A DNA stretch of 64,000 nt, taken from positions 32,001 to 96,000 of the forward strand of contig OZ250172.1 in NCBI GenBank assembly GCA_965237905.1, given 5' to 3'. Below are positions 38,906 through 48,952 of this stretch, piece after piece. Below the pieces are notes generated by a model. That model was not told the origin of the DNA, ran no database searches, and saw only the letters and a list, made by a program, of their open reading frames with translations. How positions within the stretch are numbered: position 1 is the stretch's first letter; every line of letters begins with the position of its first letter. The stretch comes from Nitrospinaceae bacterium (lineage in GTDB: Bacteria; Nitrospinota; Nitrospinia; Nitrospinales; Nitrospinaceae). A program made the translations under genes and the position numbers.

Positions 38906-39790
38906 ATGAAAATTAAGGCTATATTAGAAAAAGTGCGCCCCTCGTTCTCCTTTGAATTTTTCCCTCCCAAAAACAGTGAGGGATTTGAGCAGTTGTTCAC
39001 AACGATTGGGCAATTAGAATCCTGCCAGCCGACTTATGTTTCCGTTACCTTTGGAGCCGGAGGCAGTACCCGGGCCCAAACGATCGATTTGGTGGGGCGT
39101 ATTAAAAATGAAATCGGTCTTGAGTCGATGGCTCATTTGACTTGTGTGGGGAGCAGTCAGGAGGAACTTCGCGCTATTCTGGATACTCTTCAGGAAAAAG
39201 GCATCGATAATGTTCTGGCTTTAAGAGGGGACCCTCCGCAGGGTCAGGAGAAATTTGAAAAACCGGGAAACGGGTTTGCCTATGCCAACGAATTGGTTGA
39301 ATTCATTCGAAAGCATTATGATTTTTGTATTGGGGTGGCCGGGTATCCGGAAGGCCATGTCGAATGTCCTGATAAAAGTATGGATTTGGAAAATTTGAAA
39401 AGAAAAGTGGATGCCGGGGCGGATTTTATTGTCACGCAATTGTTTTTCGATAACCGCTTTTATTTTGATTTTGTGGAGCGGGCACGAAATATCGGGATCA
39501 AGATTCCGATTATTCCCGGGATCATGCCCATTTTAAATGTCAAACAGACCCAGCGGTTTACTAAAATGTGCGGATCCACTATACCGGAAGCACTTATGAA
39601 ACAACTGGAGTCCTCTCAAGACGAGCCGGAAACGGTTCGGAAAATAGGCATTGAGCATGCTACGCTCCAGTGTGAACTGTTGCTTCAGGAAGAGGCACCT
39701 GGTATTCATTTTTATACTTTGAATCGGTCGAACGCTACCTTGAAAATTCTGGAAAGCTTGAGGAATCTATCCGATAAAATCGGCGACTGA
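38906..39790 (+). CDS. metF: 5,10-methylenetetrahydrofolate reductase
   Basis: SFEFFPPK, SVTFGAGG, AHLTCV, LALRGDPP, AGYPEGH, VTQLFF, HFYTLN. Confidence 0.97.
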   Translation: MKIKAILEKVRPSFSFEFFPPKNSEGFEQLFTTIGQLESCQPTYVSVTFGAGGSTRAQTIDLVGRIKNEIGLESMAHLTCVGSSQEELRAILDTLQEKGIDNVLALRGDPPQGQEKFEKPGNGFAYANELVEFIRKHYDFCIGVAGYPEGHVECPDKSMDLENLKRKVDAGADFIVTQLFFDNRFYFDFVERARNIGIKIPIIPGIMPILNVKQTQRFTKMCGSTIPEALMKQLESSQDEPETVRKIGIEHATLQCELLLQEEAPGIHFYTLNRSNATLKILESLRNLSDKIGD

Positions 39791-39811
39791 TAATCGAACT
39801 TGCATCCAGTT

Positions 39812-40573
39812 ATGAAAATACTGCTAGCGACTCTGCTGATAACGATGTCCGGCGCTGTTCCCGTTACAGCTCAAGAAGAATCTGCCCGGTTACCCGTGGG
39901 TGATGAGGTTGGCCGGAACATGGTCTTGATTCCTGCGGGAAAATTTCAAAGAGGCTGTAATTCATTGGGGCCGGAACACGGAGCCCCGGCGCATCCGGTG
40001 TACCTGGATGCGTTTATGATTGATATTTATGAGGTCACCAATGAACGGCTTGAAAAGATTATGCCCGATCATAAATTGCGGCGGAGTATGTCCTCTCACT
40101 GTGATAATTGCGCGGTCACCAAAATTACCTGGTACGAGGCGGCGGACTACTGTCATTTGATCGGCAAAGCCCTTCCCAGTGAAGCCCAATGGGAAAAGGC
40201 CTCCGGGGCCGCCAATGGATGTGAGTTCCCTTGGGGTCCGGACTTTGATTCGAAAAAAAAACAGGCCCGCGGTGGTTTGGAATTGAAAGACAAAGCCAGC
40301 CCGGTTGGCAGTTATCCTCCCAATAAATTCGGAATTTATGATATGGGAGGCAATGTCTGGGAGTGGGTTACAGACTGGTATTCACCCCGGTATTATTTTT
40401 TGGAACCACTTTATAATCCCCGAGGACCTTCCCGGGGGGTGATGAAGGTCCGGCGGGGCGGGGCCTGGTCGGACAGCATCAAAGCAATGAAAGCCGGGTA
40501 CCGAGACTGGAGTTATCCCTTTTCAAGAAGCTACAGCGATATCGGTTTTCGCTGTGCGATCAATCTTAAATAA
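39812..40573 (+). CDS. Exported FGE-sulfatase (SUMF1) domain protein
   Basis: Signal peptide; MVLIPAG, YEVTN, LPSEAQWEKA, YDMGGNVWEW, IGFRCA. Confidence 0.88.
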   Translation: MKILLATLLITMSGAVPVTAQEESARLPVGDEVGRNMVLIPAGKFQRGCNSLGPEHGAPAHPVYLDAFMIDIYEVTNERLEKIMPDHKLRRSMSSHCDNCAVTKITWYEAADYCHLIGKALPSEAQWEKASGAANGCEFPWGPDFDSKKKQARGGLELKDKASPVGSYPPNKFGIYDMGGNVWEWVTDWYSPRYYFLEPLYNPRGPSRGVMKVRRGGAWSDSIKAMKAGYRDWSYPFSRSYSDIGFRCAINLK

Positions 40574-40575
40574 TT

Positions 40576-41307
40576 ATGATCACACCCACCAAAATGGAAT
40601 ATATCAACCGCCTTGTGGCGGAATGTCTCTCGGAGGAAGGCGACTCACTGGAGATGAAGGGCCGGTTCATCGGTGACGAAGGCTTGGAAGCTCTGATGCT
40701 GGCGGATAAGCTGGAGGACATCGAAAACCTGGATCTTTCTAAAAATAAAATTACGCACCGGGGCATACCGCATCTGGTCAATTCGGACCGGTTGGTCAAA
40801 CTCAAGCGGCTGTATCTGGGTGAAAACCAAATTGGCGACAAGGGAACCACTCTTTTATCACAGGCCTCGTTCATTCCCAATCTGGTGCATATGGATGTAA
40901 GGTTCAACCATATCGGGCCTGATGGCGGGATGGCCCTGGCCGAGGGACCCTTCAAAAAAATTCAGGTTTTCATCGTGCAGGACAACCCGATTGGCGACGA
41001 AGCGCTGAAAACGATGGCCATGAATCCGGGATTCATGCACGTCCGAAAGCTCAACATCTATCGGGCAGGCATCACCGATCTGGGAATCAAGACACTGGCC
41101 AAGTCCAAGGTGTTTAAGAAACTGAAGCATCTCAATCTGGCGCGTAATATCCTGCGCGTCGATGCGGCGCTGGCTTTGGCGAATACCAAAACCCTCCTAA
41201 ATATCGAAACCCTTTTAATGTTTGATACTTTTATCGGCGACCAGGGGGTGGACGCTCTCCTTAAGTCCGAAGGCCTCTCCAAACTCAAAACACTCCGGTT
41301 GACTTAG
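40576..41307 (+). CDS. RNI-like leucine-rich repeat protein
   Basis: 28-aa repeats LxLxxNxIgDxG. Confidence 0.85.
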   Translation: MITPTKMEYINRLVAECLSEEGDSLEMKGRFIGDEGLEALMLADKLEDIENLDLSKNKITHRGIPHLVNSDRLVKLKRLYLGENQIGDKGTTLLSQASFIPNLVHMDVRFNHIGPDGGMALAEGPFKKIQVFIVQDNPIGDEALKTMAMNPGFMHVRKLNIYRAGITDLGIKTLAKSKVFKKLKHLNLARNILRVDAALALANTKTLLNIETLLMFDTFIGDQGVDALLKSEGLSKLKTLRLT

Positions 41308-41330
41308 CAGAACTTCAAAGTAGAAGAATA

Positions 41331-42029
41331 TTATTTGGAATAGCGGTCTTCGAGCCAGGGTTCGGCAGAGTTGGAGTAGCCGCGTTGTTCCCAGAAGCCC
41401 AGTTCATCCTCTTCGCAGAAGACGATTTCGCCGATCCATTTGGCTCCCTTCCACGCGTATAGTTGAGGAGTGATCATGCGCACCGGGCCGCCATGAACTT
41501 TCTCGAGGGGTTTGCCTTCCCACTGATGGACCAGCAGAACATCATGCTTCATGGCTTCGTCCAAAGGCAGGTTGGTGGAGTAACCGTCGAAGGCTTTGAT
41601 GTATACAAATTTCGCTTCGGGTTTGAGTTGGCAATGATTGGCGATGTCTGAAAACCGGACGCCCGCCCAATGATTGTCCAACCGGCTCCAGGTGGTGACG
41701 CAATGGAAATCGGAAACATCTTCGACCTGGGGGAAGTTCATGAATTGGTCCCAATTGAACATCGCAGGCTTTTCGACCAGACCGGAAATAGTCAGGCTCC
41801 AGTCGTTCAGGGGAATTTCCGGTTGAACTCCTATATCCAGTACCGGCCATTTTTCGGTGGCCGTCTGGCCGGGAGGAATTTTAGGCATTCCATCCCGGTT
41901 CATGGGGCCTTCTCCCATCGGCACGTCTCCATCCCAGGATTTCTTCTCGGCTAATGATTTTTTATATTGAATCATTGCCTCGCGGGATTTAATCCGCTTG
42001 GTATTGATATCGGGTTTTGGAATATTCAT
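41331..42029 (-). CDS. Molybdopterin-binding sulfite-oxidase-like oxidoreductase (YuiH-type)
   Basis: PPGQ...KWPVL, DFHCVTTWS, HGGPVR, YAWKGAKW, GFWEQRGY. Confidence 0.9.
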   Translation of the reverse strand: MNIPKPDINTKRIKSREAMIQYKKSLAEKKSWDGDVPMGEGPMNRDGMPKIPPGQTATEKWPVLDIGVQPEIPLNDWSLTISGLVEKPAMFNWDQFMNFPQVEDVSDFHCVTTWSRLDNHWAGVRFSDIANHCQLKPEAKFVYIKAFDGYSTNLPLDEAMKHDVLLVHQWEGKPLEKVHGGPVRMITPQLYAWKGAKWIGEIVFCEEDELGFWEQRGYSNSAEPWLEDRYSK

Positions 42030-43597
42030 TTCGATGAAGTCAATTCCAGCAGAATAGCGGTTCCCGGAAGATAGGATTCAATCGGAGATTTCCCTTCATC
42101 TCTTAAGAATCCTTCCAAAAATTCAAGCGCGGCGCCACCACCCGTGGAAACGAAGAAGTTGGAAGAAAAATAATTGAAGAGGGTATACGTATCGTCAACA
42201 TTGAAATCGATAGAGATTAAATCCGGATTGATCGGTTTGTTCAATTGCAAAACCACCTGTTTGCGGACCAGATGTTTTAGCTCATCAATGCTGATTTTGT
42301 TTAGAATAGCCGCGGAGTCTCCCCCGCCAATGACCACGGAGAGGTCCGGATCTACAATCGCCGCGGCAAACAAAACCTGGGCCAGCTTGACCGAACCCTC
42401 TGCATAATGATCGCACTTGGGATGATCATAGGCTCCCAGTGGCCCATTCCAGAATACCTGCTTGATCTTTCCCTTTTGCAGAATGTTCTTGGCGTAATTG
42501 ACGATCGTTTTTGGCCCGAGGTCCAGTTGAAAATCCTGTGAAAAATCAGGCTCCGATTGGATGACATAATCTGTTTCAAAATAGTCTTTGGTAATCTTAT
42601 AATCATCGGGGAAAACGATTTGGACGTTATTCTTCTGTGCCAAGGTCATGATTTCATGCGCGAGTTTGACTTCATTCAGTAATTCCTGGCATTCCTCCTC
42701 ACATTTGGATTCATACATTTTGGCGGGAATATCCTTCAGGCTCAGAGAATCAATGACTTCTTCCAGTTTCAGGGCCAGGAGAAAAGCGTTCACCATCCGG
42801 CCGCCAATAAAGATTAGCTTGATTTTTGACTCCACAAACTGCTTTAATATACCGAGTTTGTCTGCGATTTTGGCTCCCCCGGCAATCAAGGCAGTTTGTT
42901 CCGGATGGTCGAGCACACGCTTCCCAAATTGTCCCAACTGGATAATCTCTTCATGAAGCAGGGTTCCTGCAACAGCCAACTTACCTGCCTTACGCATGAT
43001 CTGAGGAAGCAACTTGATACTTTTGGTGACCCGGTGACTACACCCAAAAGCGCAATTGATAAACACATCAGAAATTTTCCCCAATTCCTCAATAAATTCC
43101 TGGCGGTAGGTATCCGGGTTACTGGGGTCCAACAGGTACCGGAGGTTGGGTAGAAACTTGATTCCTCCTGCAGGGAGCTGATGATTGAAACAGATTCCCA
43201 GGGAATTTTTAAAGTTGGAGTCGGTAATTTCTGGCGGAAAAATAGTGTAGGTATCGCCGTACAATTTGCGGATCAGCGTGTCGAAATGAGAACAGACAAA
43301 TTGAATATTGAAAATTCCGTCCCAGCCATGGCGATCCAGTTTTTTATGGGGGCGGCCCAAATGGGAGCCGATGATGATCCGGCAATTGCCCTCGGTCAAT
43401 TCATGAATTCTCTTAAACGTCAGATCCAGGAACCGTCGGATGCGGGTGTCATCGCCGACGCGATAACCTTTGGGAGTCGATATGAGGGGAACGTTGAAAT
43501 CGACCCGGATAAATATAGTTTTATTGACCAGATGCTCTGGACGAAAATCATCCAATCGAGGTAATCTTAATTGATTTTCAGAAATCGCATCCATCAT
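42026..43597 (-). CDS. pgk: Divergent, elongated phosphoglycerate kinase
   Basis: RVDFNVP, SHLGRP, GGAKIADK, DLGPKT, WNGPLG, GGGDS, STGGGA. Confidence 0.88.
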   Translation of the reverse strand: MMDAISENQLRLPRLDDFRPEHLVNKTIFIRVDFNVPLISTPKGYRVGDDTRIRRFLDLTFKRIHELTEGNCRIIIGSHLGRPHKKLDRHGWDGIFNIQFVCSHFDTLIRKLYGDTYTIFPPEITDSNFKNSLGICFNHQLPAGGIKFLPNLRYLLDPSNPDTYRQEFIEELGKISDVFINCAFGCSHRVTKSIKLLPQIMRKAGKLAVAGTLLHEEIIQLGQFGKRVLDHPEQTALIAGGAKIADKLGILKQFVESKIKLIFIGGRMVNAFLLALKLEEVIDSLSLKDIPAKMYESKCEEECQELLNEVKLAHEIMTLAQKNNVQIVFPDDYKITKDYFETDYVIQSEPDFSQDFQLDLGPKTIVNYAKNILQKGKIKQVFWNGPLGAYDHPKCDHYAEGSVKLAQVLFAAAIVDPDLSVVIGGGDSAAILNKISIDELKHLVRKQVVLQLNKPINPDLISIDFNVDDTYTLFNYFSSNFFVSTGGGAALEFLEGFLRDEGKSPIESYLPGTAILLELTSSK

Positions 43598-43810
43598 TAT
43601 TAAAAAATAATAAAAACAATAAGTTAGATATTAAATAGTTAAGTAAAATATTAACTTAAAAAGAACAAGGCTCATTGCGCAATCAGCAGTCGTTATTAAA
43701 ATAACATGACTTTCCGGATTTGGAAATTTAAAGTTTTGATTTATCATGCCAACCGGATGCAATGGGCGGGCTTTGCCGACATGAGGCAATAGAGAAAGGC
43801 CAAACAGAAT

Positions 43811-45907
43811 ATGTCGAAAATAATCAGGAAACTGCTGATCAACGTGGACCAGCCGGAAGAGTGCCGGGCCGTGGTGATCGAAAACGGTAAACTTGACGAG
43901 ATTATTGTCGAGCACTCTTCCCACGAATTAGTTAAAGGCAATATTTATCTGGGAGTCGTGACCCGAGTGGAACCCGCCATCGAAGCGGCCTTTGTGGACA
44001 TTGGCAGAAAAAAATACGGTTTTCTTCCCTTCAAAGATGTGTTGCCGGAATCCTACCTACAGACCGGTGAGAGGAAAGCCAGAACGCGAATTCAGGATGT
44101 CATGGTTCGGGGACAACGATTATTGGTACAAGTGGTCAAGGAAAGCCGCGACGCCAAAGGTCCTTCGCTAACCAATGGGGTTACCATTCCAGGACGATTT
44201 CTGGTGCTGATGGTTTCCAGCGATTCCAGCGGAATCTCCCGAAAAATTGAGGATGAGTCAGAACGAAAAAAAATCAAGCAACTGATGTCCGATTTGGGAG
44301 TTCCGGCCAGCATGGGTGTGATTATCCGAACCGCCGGCGTGGGCCGGACCAAGACGGAACTTCAAAAGGATATTCAAACCCTGCTCAAAGTCTGGGAGAC
44401 TATCGAACAGCAATTCAATGACCAGAGTACCAAGGCGCCCAGTCTTTTATATGAGGGACCGGACATGGTGGTGCGTACCGTACGTGATCATTTCTCCAAC
44501 GATATGACTGAAGTCCTGGTTGACAATAAAGAGTCTTTTGATGCACTTAACGAATTCATGGGGCTGATAATGCCAAGGATGCGTAACCGTATCAAGTTTT
44601 ATCAGGATACCAAGCCGCTTTTCTCCCAGTACAATATTGAAGAACAAATTGAAAGTATTTATAACCGCAGGGTTGAATTGCCCTCCGGCGGTTCGATTGT
44701 GATCGACGTGGGAGAAGCCATGGTCTCTATCGACGTCAACTCAGGGAGAACCACCGGCGCCAGTGCTCTGGAAGAAACGGCAATTAAAACCAACCTGGAA
44801 GCGGCTGAAGAGATTACTCGGCAACTCCGGTTGAGGGATTTGGGAGGATTGATCGTTATCGATTTTATCGATATGTTCCAAAAGAAAAACAAAGCTCTGT
44901 TGGAAAAACAGGTGAAACTAAGCTGCAAGCGGGACAGGGCGAGGGTCAATATCTCTAGGATTTCACGGTTTGGCCTTCTGGAAATGTCTCGACAACGTTT
45001 AGCCCCTCCAGTTAAAGAAGGTTTTTTTTCGAATTGCCAGCATTGTGGTGGAACGGGTCATGTCAAAACAGATAGCTCCACCTCTCTAAGTGTTATCCGA
45101 AAAATTCAGGAGCATCTTGCTGTAGGAAGTGTGAAAGTTTTACAGGTTAGGGTTTCCACGCAGGTGGCCAATTATCTTTTAAATAAAAAAATGAAAAGCC
45201 TGCTCGAACTGGAAGAGAAGAATGGCGTGGACATTCTATTTGAAAGCCAAGAGCACCTTCCCTATGAGAATTTTTCGTTCACCGTGTTGGAGCGCAAAAA
45301 AGAAGAGGATAAGGTCATTGAGCAGAAATCCAGTATTGAAAGAGACCCGAAACCTGAGGGAGAAGAAGCCTCAGAAGGAAAAAGTGACAAACGCGGTCGG
45401 GGTCGCAGACCTTCCACCGGTCGTGGCCGAGGTCGCAGACCTTCTGCTAATGTCCGGGAACGTAAAAAAGAAGAAGATAAGGTCACCGAGCAGGAATCCA
45501 GTATTCAAAGTGCCCCGAAACCTGAAGGAGAAGGGAGCCCAGAAGAAAAAGGTGAAAAAGACAGTCCGGTTCGCCGACCGGCATCCGGTCGGGGCCGGGG
45601 TCGTAGGCCCGGTGGTCGACCGGGAACCCGAAGGCCTCCACGCTTCGCAAGAAAGAGGCCTCGGAGTTCATCGGAAACCAAAGAGGGGGCTCCGCCGGAA
45701 ACGGGAAATAAATCGAGTGATCATGAATCACCCAGAGAAAATATCGCCTCGGCAAAGGATTCCACCGATTCGACTTCACCTCCTCCACCCAAGGCGAAAC
45801 CGGAGATGGAGTCCAATGAGGAGCGGCAACCCATGGGAAATGTATCCCGGTTGCATGAAAGGGTCATAAAAAATCCATTTCCCTTTGATCCTGGTCGTAA
45901 TCAATGA
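43811..45907 (+). CDS. rne: Rne/Rng-family ribonuclease with disordered C-terminal region
   Basis: GNIYLG.V.RVEP.IEAAFVD, SIDVNSG, LRLRDLGGLIVIDFIDM, CQHCGGTG. Confidence 0.92.
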   Translation: MSKIIRKLLINVDQPEECRAVVIENGKLDEIIVEHSSHELVKGNIYLGVVTRVEPAIEAAFVDIGRKKYGFLPFKDVLPESYLQTGERKARTRIQDVMVRGQRLLVQVVKESRDAKGPSLTNGVTIPGRFLVLMVSSDSSGISRKIEDESERKKIKQLMSDLGVPASMGVIIRTAGVGRTKTELQKDIQTLLKVWETIEQQFNDQSTKAPSLLYEGPDMVVRTVRDHFSNDMTEVLVDNKESFDALNEFMGLIMPRMRNRIKFYQDTKPLFSQYNIEEQIESIYNRRVELPSGGSIVIDVGEAMVSIDVNSGRTTGASALEETAIKTNLEAAEEITRQLRLRDLGGLIVIDFIDMFQKKNKALLEKQVKLSCKRDRARVNISRISRFGLLEMSRQRLAPPVKEGFFSNCQHCGGTGHVKTDSSTSLSVIRKIQEHLAVGSVKVLQVRVSTQVANYLLNKKMKSLLELEEKNGVDILFESQEHLPYENFSFTVLERKKEEDKVIEQKSSIERDPKPEGEEASEGKSDKRGRGRRPSTGRGRGRRPSANVRERKKEEDKVTEQESSIQSAPKPEGEGSPEEKGEKDSPVRRPASGRGRGRRPGGRPGTRRPPRFARKRPRSSSETKEGAPPETGNKSSDHESPRENIASAKDSTDSTSPPPPKAKPEMESNEERQPMGNVSRLHERVIKNPFPFDPGRNQ
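45290..45612 (+). repeat. Intragenic tandem duplication, 168-nt period
   Basis: ERKKEEDKV(I/T)EQ.SSI...PKPEGE...RRP..GRGRGRRP occurs twice, starting at 45290 and 45458. Confidence 0.9.
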
Positions 45908-45939
45908 CTGATCCGGGAAACCAAGCGATATCTGAAATC

Positions 45940-46701
45940 TCAGGAATTGGATTTTGAAGATGAGGGGGCAGACCGGGCACATCGAAAGCCAGTGTCCCAC
46001 GATCTCATTTGGGGAGGAGCAAAATTCCGGTAAGGAAGGAGCGCAAACTCTTTCAGAAACCCATGCTCCCTTTTATTAATGGCGCCACCCCGGATCACTT
46101 TGTACTTTTTCCCAAAGTTGGGATCCTTGAAGGAGGAGCCCCGATAAGGTTGATACCAGCTGGTGGTCCATTCGGATACATTGCCATTTAAATCGTAAAC
46201 CCCGAACTTGCTCAAGTCCTGTGGTTGTTTAGCGGGCGGTTGTACTGTTTTTCCGAAGTTGGCGTTTTCCCGCTTGAATTCATTTCCCCAGACGTACAGA
46301 TTTCCCTCGAGACCTCGCGCGGCTTTTTCCCATTCGGATTCCGTGGGCAATCGCTTGCCCAACCATAAGCAATAGGCGTCCGCTTCAAACCAGGAAACAC
46401 CTTGCACCGGGTGGGTGAGACGGCCTTCAGCATACCGGGCCTGGGGTTTGAATCGTAAAAATTCCCCGTAACGGACCTCATGGATATCGATATAAAATGC
46501 GTTCAAAGTGATTTTCTGCTGAGGCTGGGCGTTTTTGCTGGAAGTGCGGTCGGAAACGAATGAAGGGATTTCTTCAGCAGGATCCAGACCCAGGGTGAAA
46601 GTTCCCGCCGGAATCAAAACCATATCCGTTTCCTGTTCGATGGGCTCGGCGCAGGCTCCTAATGAACCCACTACCAGGAGCAAGAGAATCAGCCGTTTCA
46701 A
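45940..46701 (-). CDS. FGE-sulfatase (SUMF1) domain lipoprotein
   Basis: TTG start overlapping the upstream stop (TTGA); lipobox LGAC; RLPTESEWEKAARG, GNVSEW, TGFRCA. Confidence 0.85.
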   Translation of the reverse strand: MKRLILLLLVVGSLGACAEPIEQETDMVLIPAGTFTLGLDPAEEIPSFVSDRTSSKNAQPQQKITLNAFYIDIHEVRYGEFLRFKPQARYAEGRLTHPVQGVSWFEADAYCLWLGKRLPTESEWEKAARGLEGNLYVWGNEFKRENANFGKTVQPPAKQPQDLSKFGVYDLNGNVSEWTTSWYQPYRGSSFKDPNFGKKYKVIRGGAINKREHGFLKEFALLPYRNFAPPQMRSWDTGFRCARSAPSSSKSNS

Positions 46702-47414
46702 GGAGTCGCCTGAGCTGTTTGCTGAAGGGTAGGAGCGGGTGGTTTTGAGACAGGGAATGTTTGCTCGCCAGGAGGGATATGGAAATACTCCACAGTCAGG
46801 CATGCCGCTTCGTCTCGGGAGCACATGGAGGTTTTGCATTCGCTCTCCGGCCGCTGACAGTAATAATTTAAAATCCTCAATTTTAGTAGGCCGTCCCCGG
46901 TTTGAACAATGTAAACATTTCTTTTTGATTCAATATTGTGGGTGCGTGTGCGATACAGGTACCAGTCGATGATGGAGGGATTGTTGACATTTCCCCAAGA
47001 GCGAACATCCGGCACGAAAGAGACCTCAGGAACCTGGACCACCGAATTAAAATCTACCGGTCCCAGGTTGGCAATCGCCACTTTGCCCTGAGGGTTGGTG
47101 ACTCCGCCATTGGAAATAATTTTAGTCCGCTGAAAGCCCAGGTCCCAGTCCTGCTGGTTCATCAATTCCCGATCTTTTTCAGGATCGGAGATTTGGAAGG
47201 TTTTTTGGGTTGAGAAATCCACCAAAGTCCACTTTTCCTTGGACTGAGCACTTACTTTGAGTACGGGATTATTGGTTTCGAATGACTTGTGACGTATGGG
47301 AGGAAGAGCCTTGTTCCCGAAATCATCAACATTGTCCCCCATATAATTCATGGTCACATTCAAAAGCAGGGTTGCCCCAAGCAACATGGCGAAGATTTTA
47401 AGGGTGCTGTTCAT
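46698..47414 (-). CDS. HmuY-family protein
   Basis: WTLVDFS, WDLGFQR.KI.SNGG, WYLY...H, NVYIVQTGDG..KLRILNYY. Confidence 0.8.
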   Translation of the reverse strand: MNSTLKIFAMLLGATLLLNVTMNYMGDNVDDFGNKALPPIRHKSFETNNPVLKVSAQSKEKWTLVDFSTQKTFQISDPEKDRELMNQQDWDLGFQRTKIISNGGVTNPQGKVAIANLGPVDFNSVVQVPEVSFVPDVRSWGNVNNPSIIDWYLYRTRTHNIESKRNVYIVQTGDGLLKLRILNYYCQRPESECKTSMCSRDEAACLTVEYFHIPPGEQTFPVSKPPAPTLQQTAQATP

Positions 47415-47589
47415 GGCATCATTTTATCAAAGGTACGGCCGATTTTTGCAAATTATACCTTCTCAACGATCTAAAAATCAGAGGTCTTCAAGGCTCCCGA
47501 GTCAGGGAAGTTTAACCTTTTTTCCGTTGCCGGGGTTGGATATAATGATGAAGCAAAATATTGTTTATTAACGGAATTATAGGTTTTAA

Positions 47590-48213
47590 ATGACCCAAGA
47601 TCGTCATTTTGCATTCAAAAAGGCCCAAGTCGAGGGCTTTGTGAAGAAAGAATTCCAGCGTTATTTCGGACGGGGAGGCCGGATCTCCATCCGAAAACGA
47701 CAGCGATTCATGGAGCGTATTACCAAAAAAGTGGGGAAAAAGTTCGGCAAGGATATCCTGTGCCTCATTGATTTTACCAAACAGGGATTTGTATCTTTGG
47801 TGTCTCCCGCCCATACGGAATCCACCGATAAAGGCAAGTTGTTCAATTCATTTACCCATCCCCAGGTGGCCTACACCTCTCACTGTGTGGAACGTTTCAG
47901 TGAGCGAACGCAGACGACGGACAACTGCATCATTACCCTGGATTCCTATCTCGACGAAGCGTTATTGACGTATGGCCTGCATGAGGGATATCTGGTATGC
48001 TCTCAAGGATTGTTTGCTTATGTCATTGAGGATGATCGCCTGGTTGTTAAAACCTATATCAACTTTGAGCTTTTGTCGGATGACCAAATCCGGAAGTTTT
48101 ACACGCATGACATGGCCGCTTTTCTGACACCGGACATGATTTCAGAAGAGATTGATGCCAGTGACATTATTTTAATGGATGAACTGCCTGAGGACCCGGA
48201 TAAACGGGCTTGA
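47590..48213 (+). CDS. Hypothetical protein
   Basis: 207-aa ORF filling the gap with coding-like composition. Confidence 0.7.
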   Translation: MTQDRHFAFKKAQVEGFVKKEFQRYFGRGGRISIRKRQRFMERITKKVGKKFGKDILCLIDFTKQGFVSLVSPAHTESTDKGKLFNSFTHPQVAYTSHCVERFSERTQTTDNCIITLDSYLDEALLTYGLHEGYLVCSQGLFAYVIEDDRLVVKTYINFELLSDDQIRKFYTHDMAAFLTPDMISEEIDASDIILMDELPEDPDKRA

Positions 48214-48278
48214 TGGCGGCGGTTTTCTCGAATATTTGATTTGATCCATTCACCGATTTCCTCATTTTCTGGATTGCA

Positions 48279-48944
48279 ATGATCCAGCTATACAACGTTT
48301 ACAAATCCTACAATAACACTCCCGCTTTGGTGGATATTTCCTTCATTATCAAGAAAGGAGCCTTCGTCTTCGTCACCGGTCCCAGCGGCGCCGGTAAGTC
48401 CACATTACTGAAATTGCTGTACCGCTGGGAAAGTTACGATAAAGGCCAGGTACTGGTGAACGGGATCAATGTCGGCAAACTCAATTTCAACAAACTGTGG
48501 CAATTACGACGCCATATTGGAGTCGTGTTTCAGGATTACAAGTTACTTCCGGGGAAAACCATCCTCGAAAATGTCGCCTTCGCCTTGGAAATTGTCGGCG
48601 CCGAAAAAAAAACCATCCGCTATAAAGCCTGGGAAGCCCTCAAGGATGTGGGACTTTCCCATAGAAAAGATGCCTACCCGATGGAACTTTCAGGAGGAGA
48701 GCAACAACGTGTAGCGATCGCCCGGGCTTTAGTGAACAATCCCAAAATTCTGCTGGCAGATGAACCGACAGGGAACCTGGACCCGGGTATGGCCAGCGAA
48801 ATCCTGCATTTGTTTGAAAAAGCCAATACCGACGGTACCACGGTGGTTTTTGCGACCCACAGCCAGAATATTCTGCGGGAAGGCAACCATGCCATGATCA
48901 CATTGAAGCGCGGTAAAGTTGCGGACACACGGATCGTTGCCTGA
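48279..48944 (+). CDS. ftsE: Cell division ATP-binding protein FtsE
   Basis: GPSGAGKST, IGVVFQDYKLL, LSGGEQQR, LADEPTGNLD; followed by ftsX. Confidence 0.93.
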   Translation: MIQLYNVYKSYNNTPALVDISFIIKKGAFVFVTGPSGAGKSTLLKLLYRWESYDKGQVLVNGINVGKLNFNKLWQLRRHIGVVFQDYKLLPGKTILENVAFALEIVGAEKKTIRYKAWEALKDVGLSHRKDAYPMELSGGEQQRVAIARALVNNPKILLADEPTGNLDPGMASEILHLFEKANTDGTTVVFATHSQNILREGNHAMITLKRGKVADTRIVA

Positions 48945-48952
48945 TTGCGAAA

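Noticed and set aside
45222..45869. 215-aa alternative-frame ORF in rne
   Set aside because: By-product of the low-complexity repeated C-terminal region.
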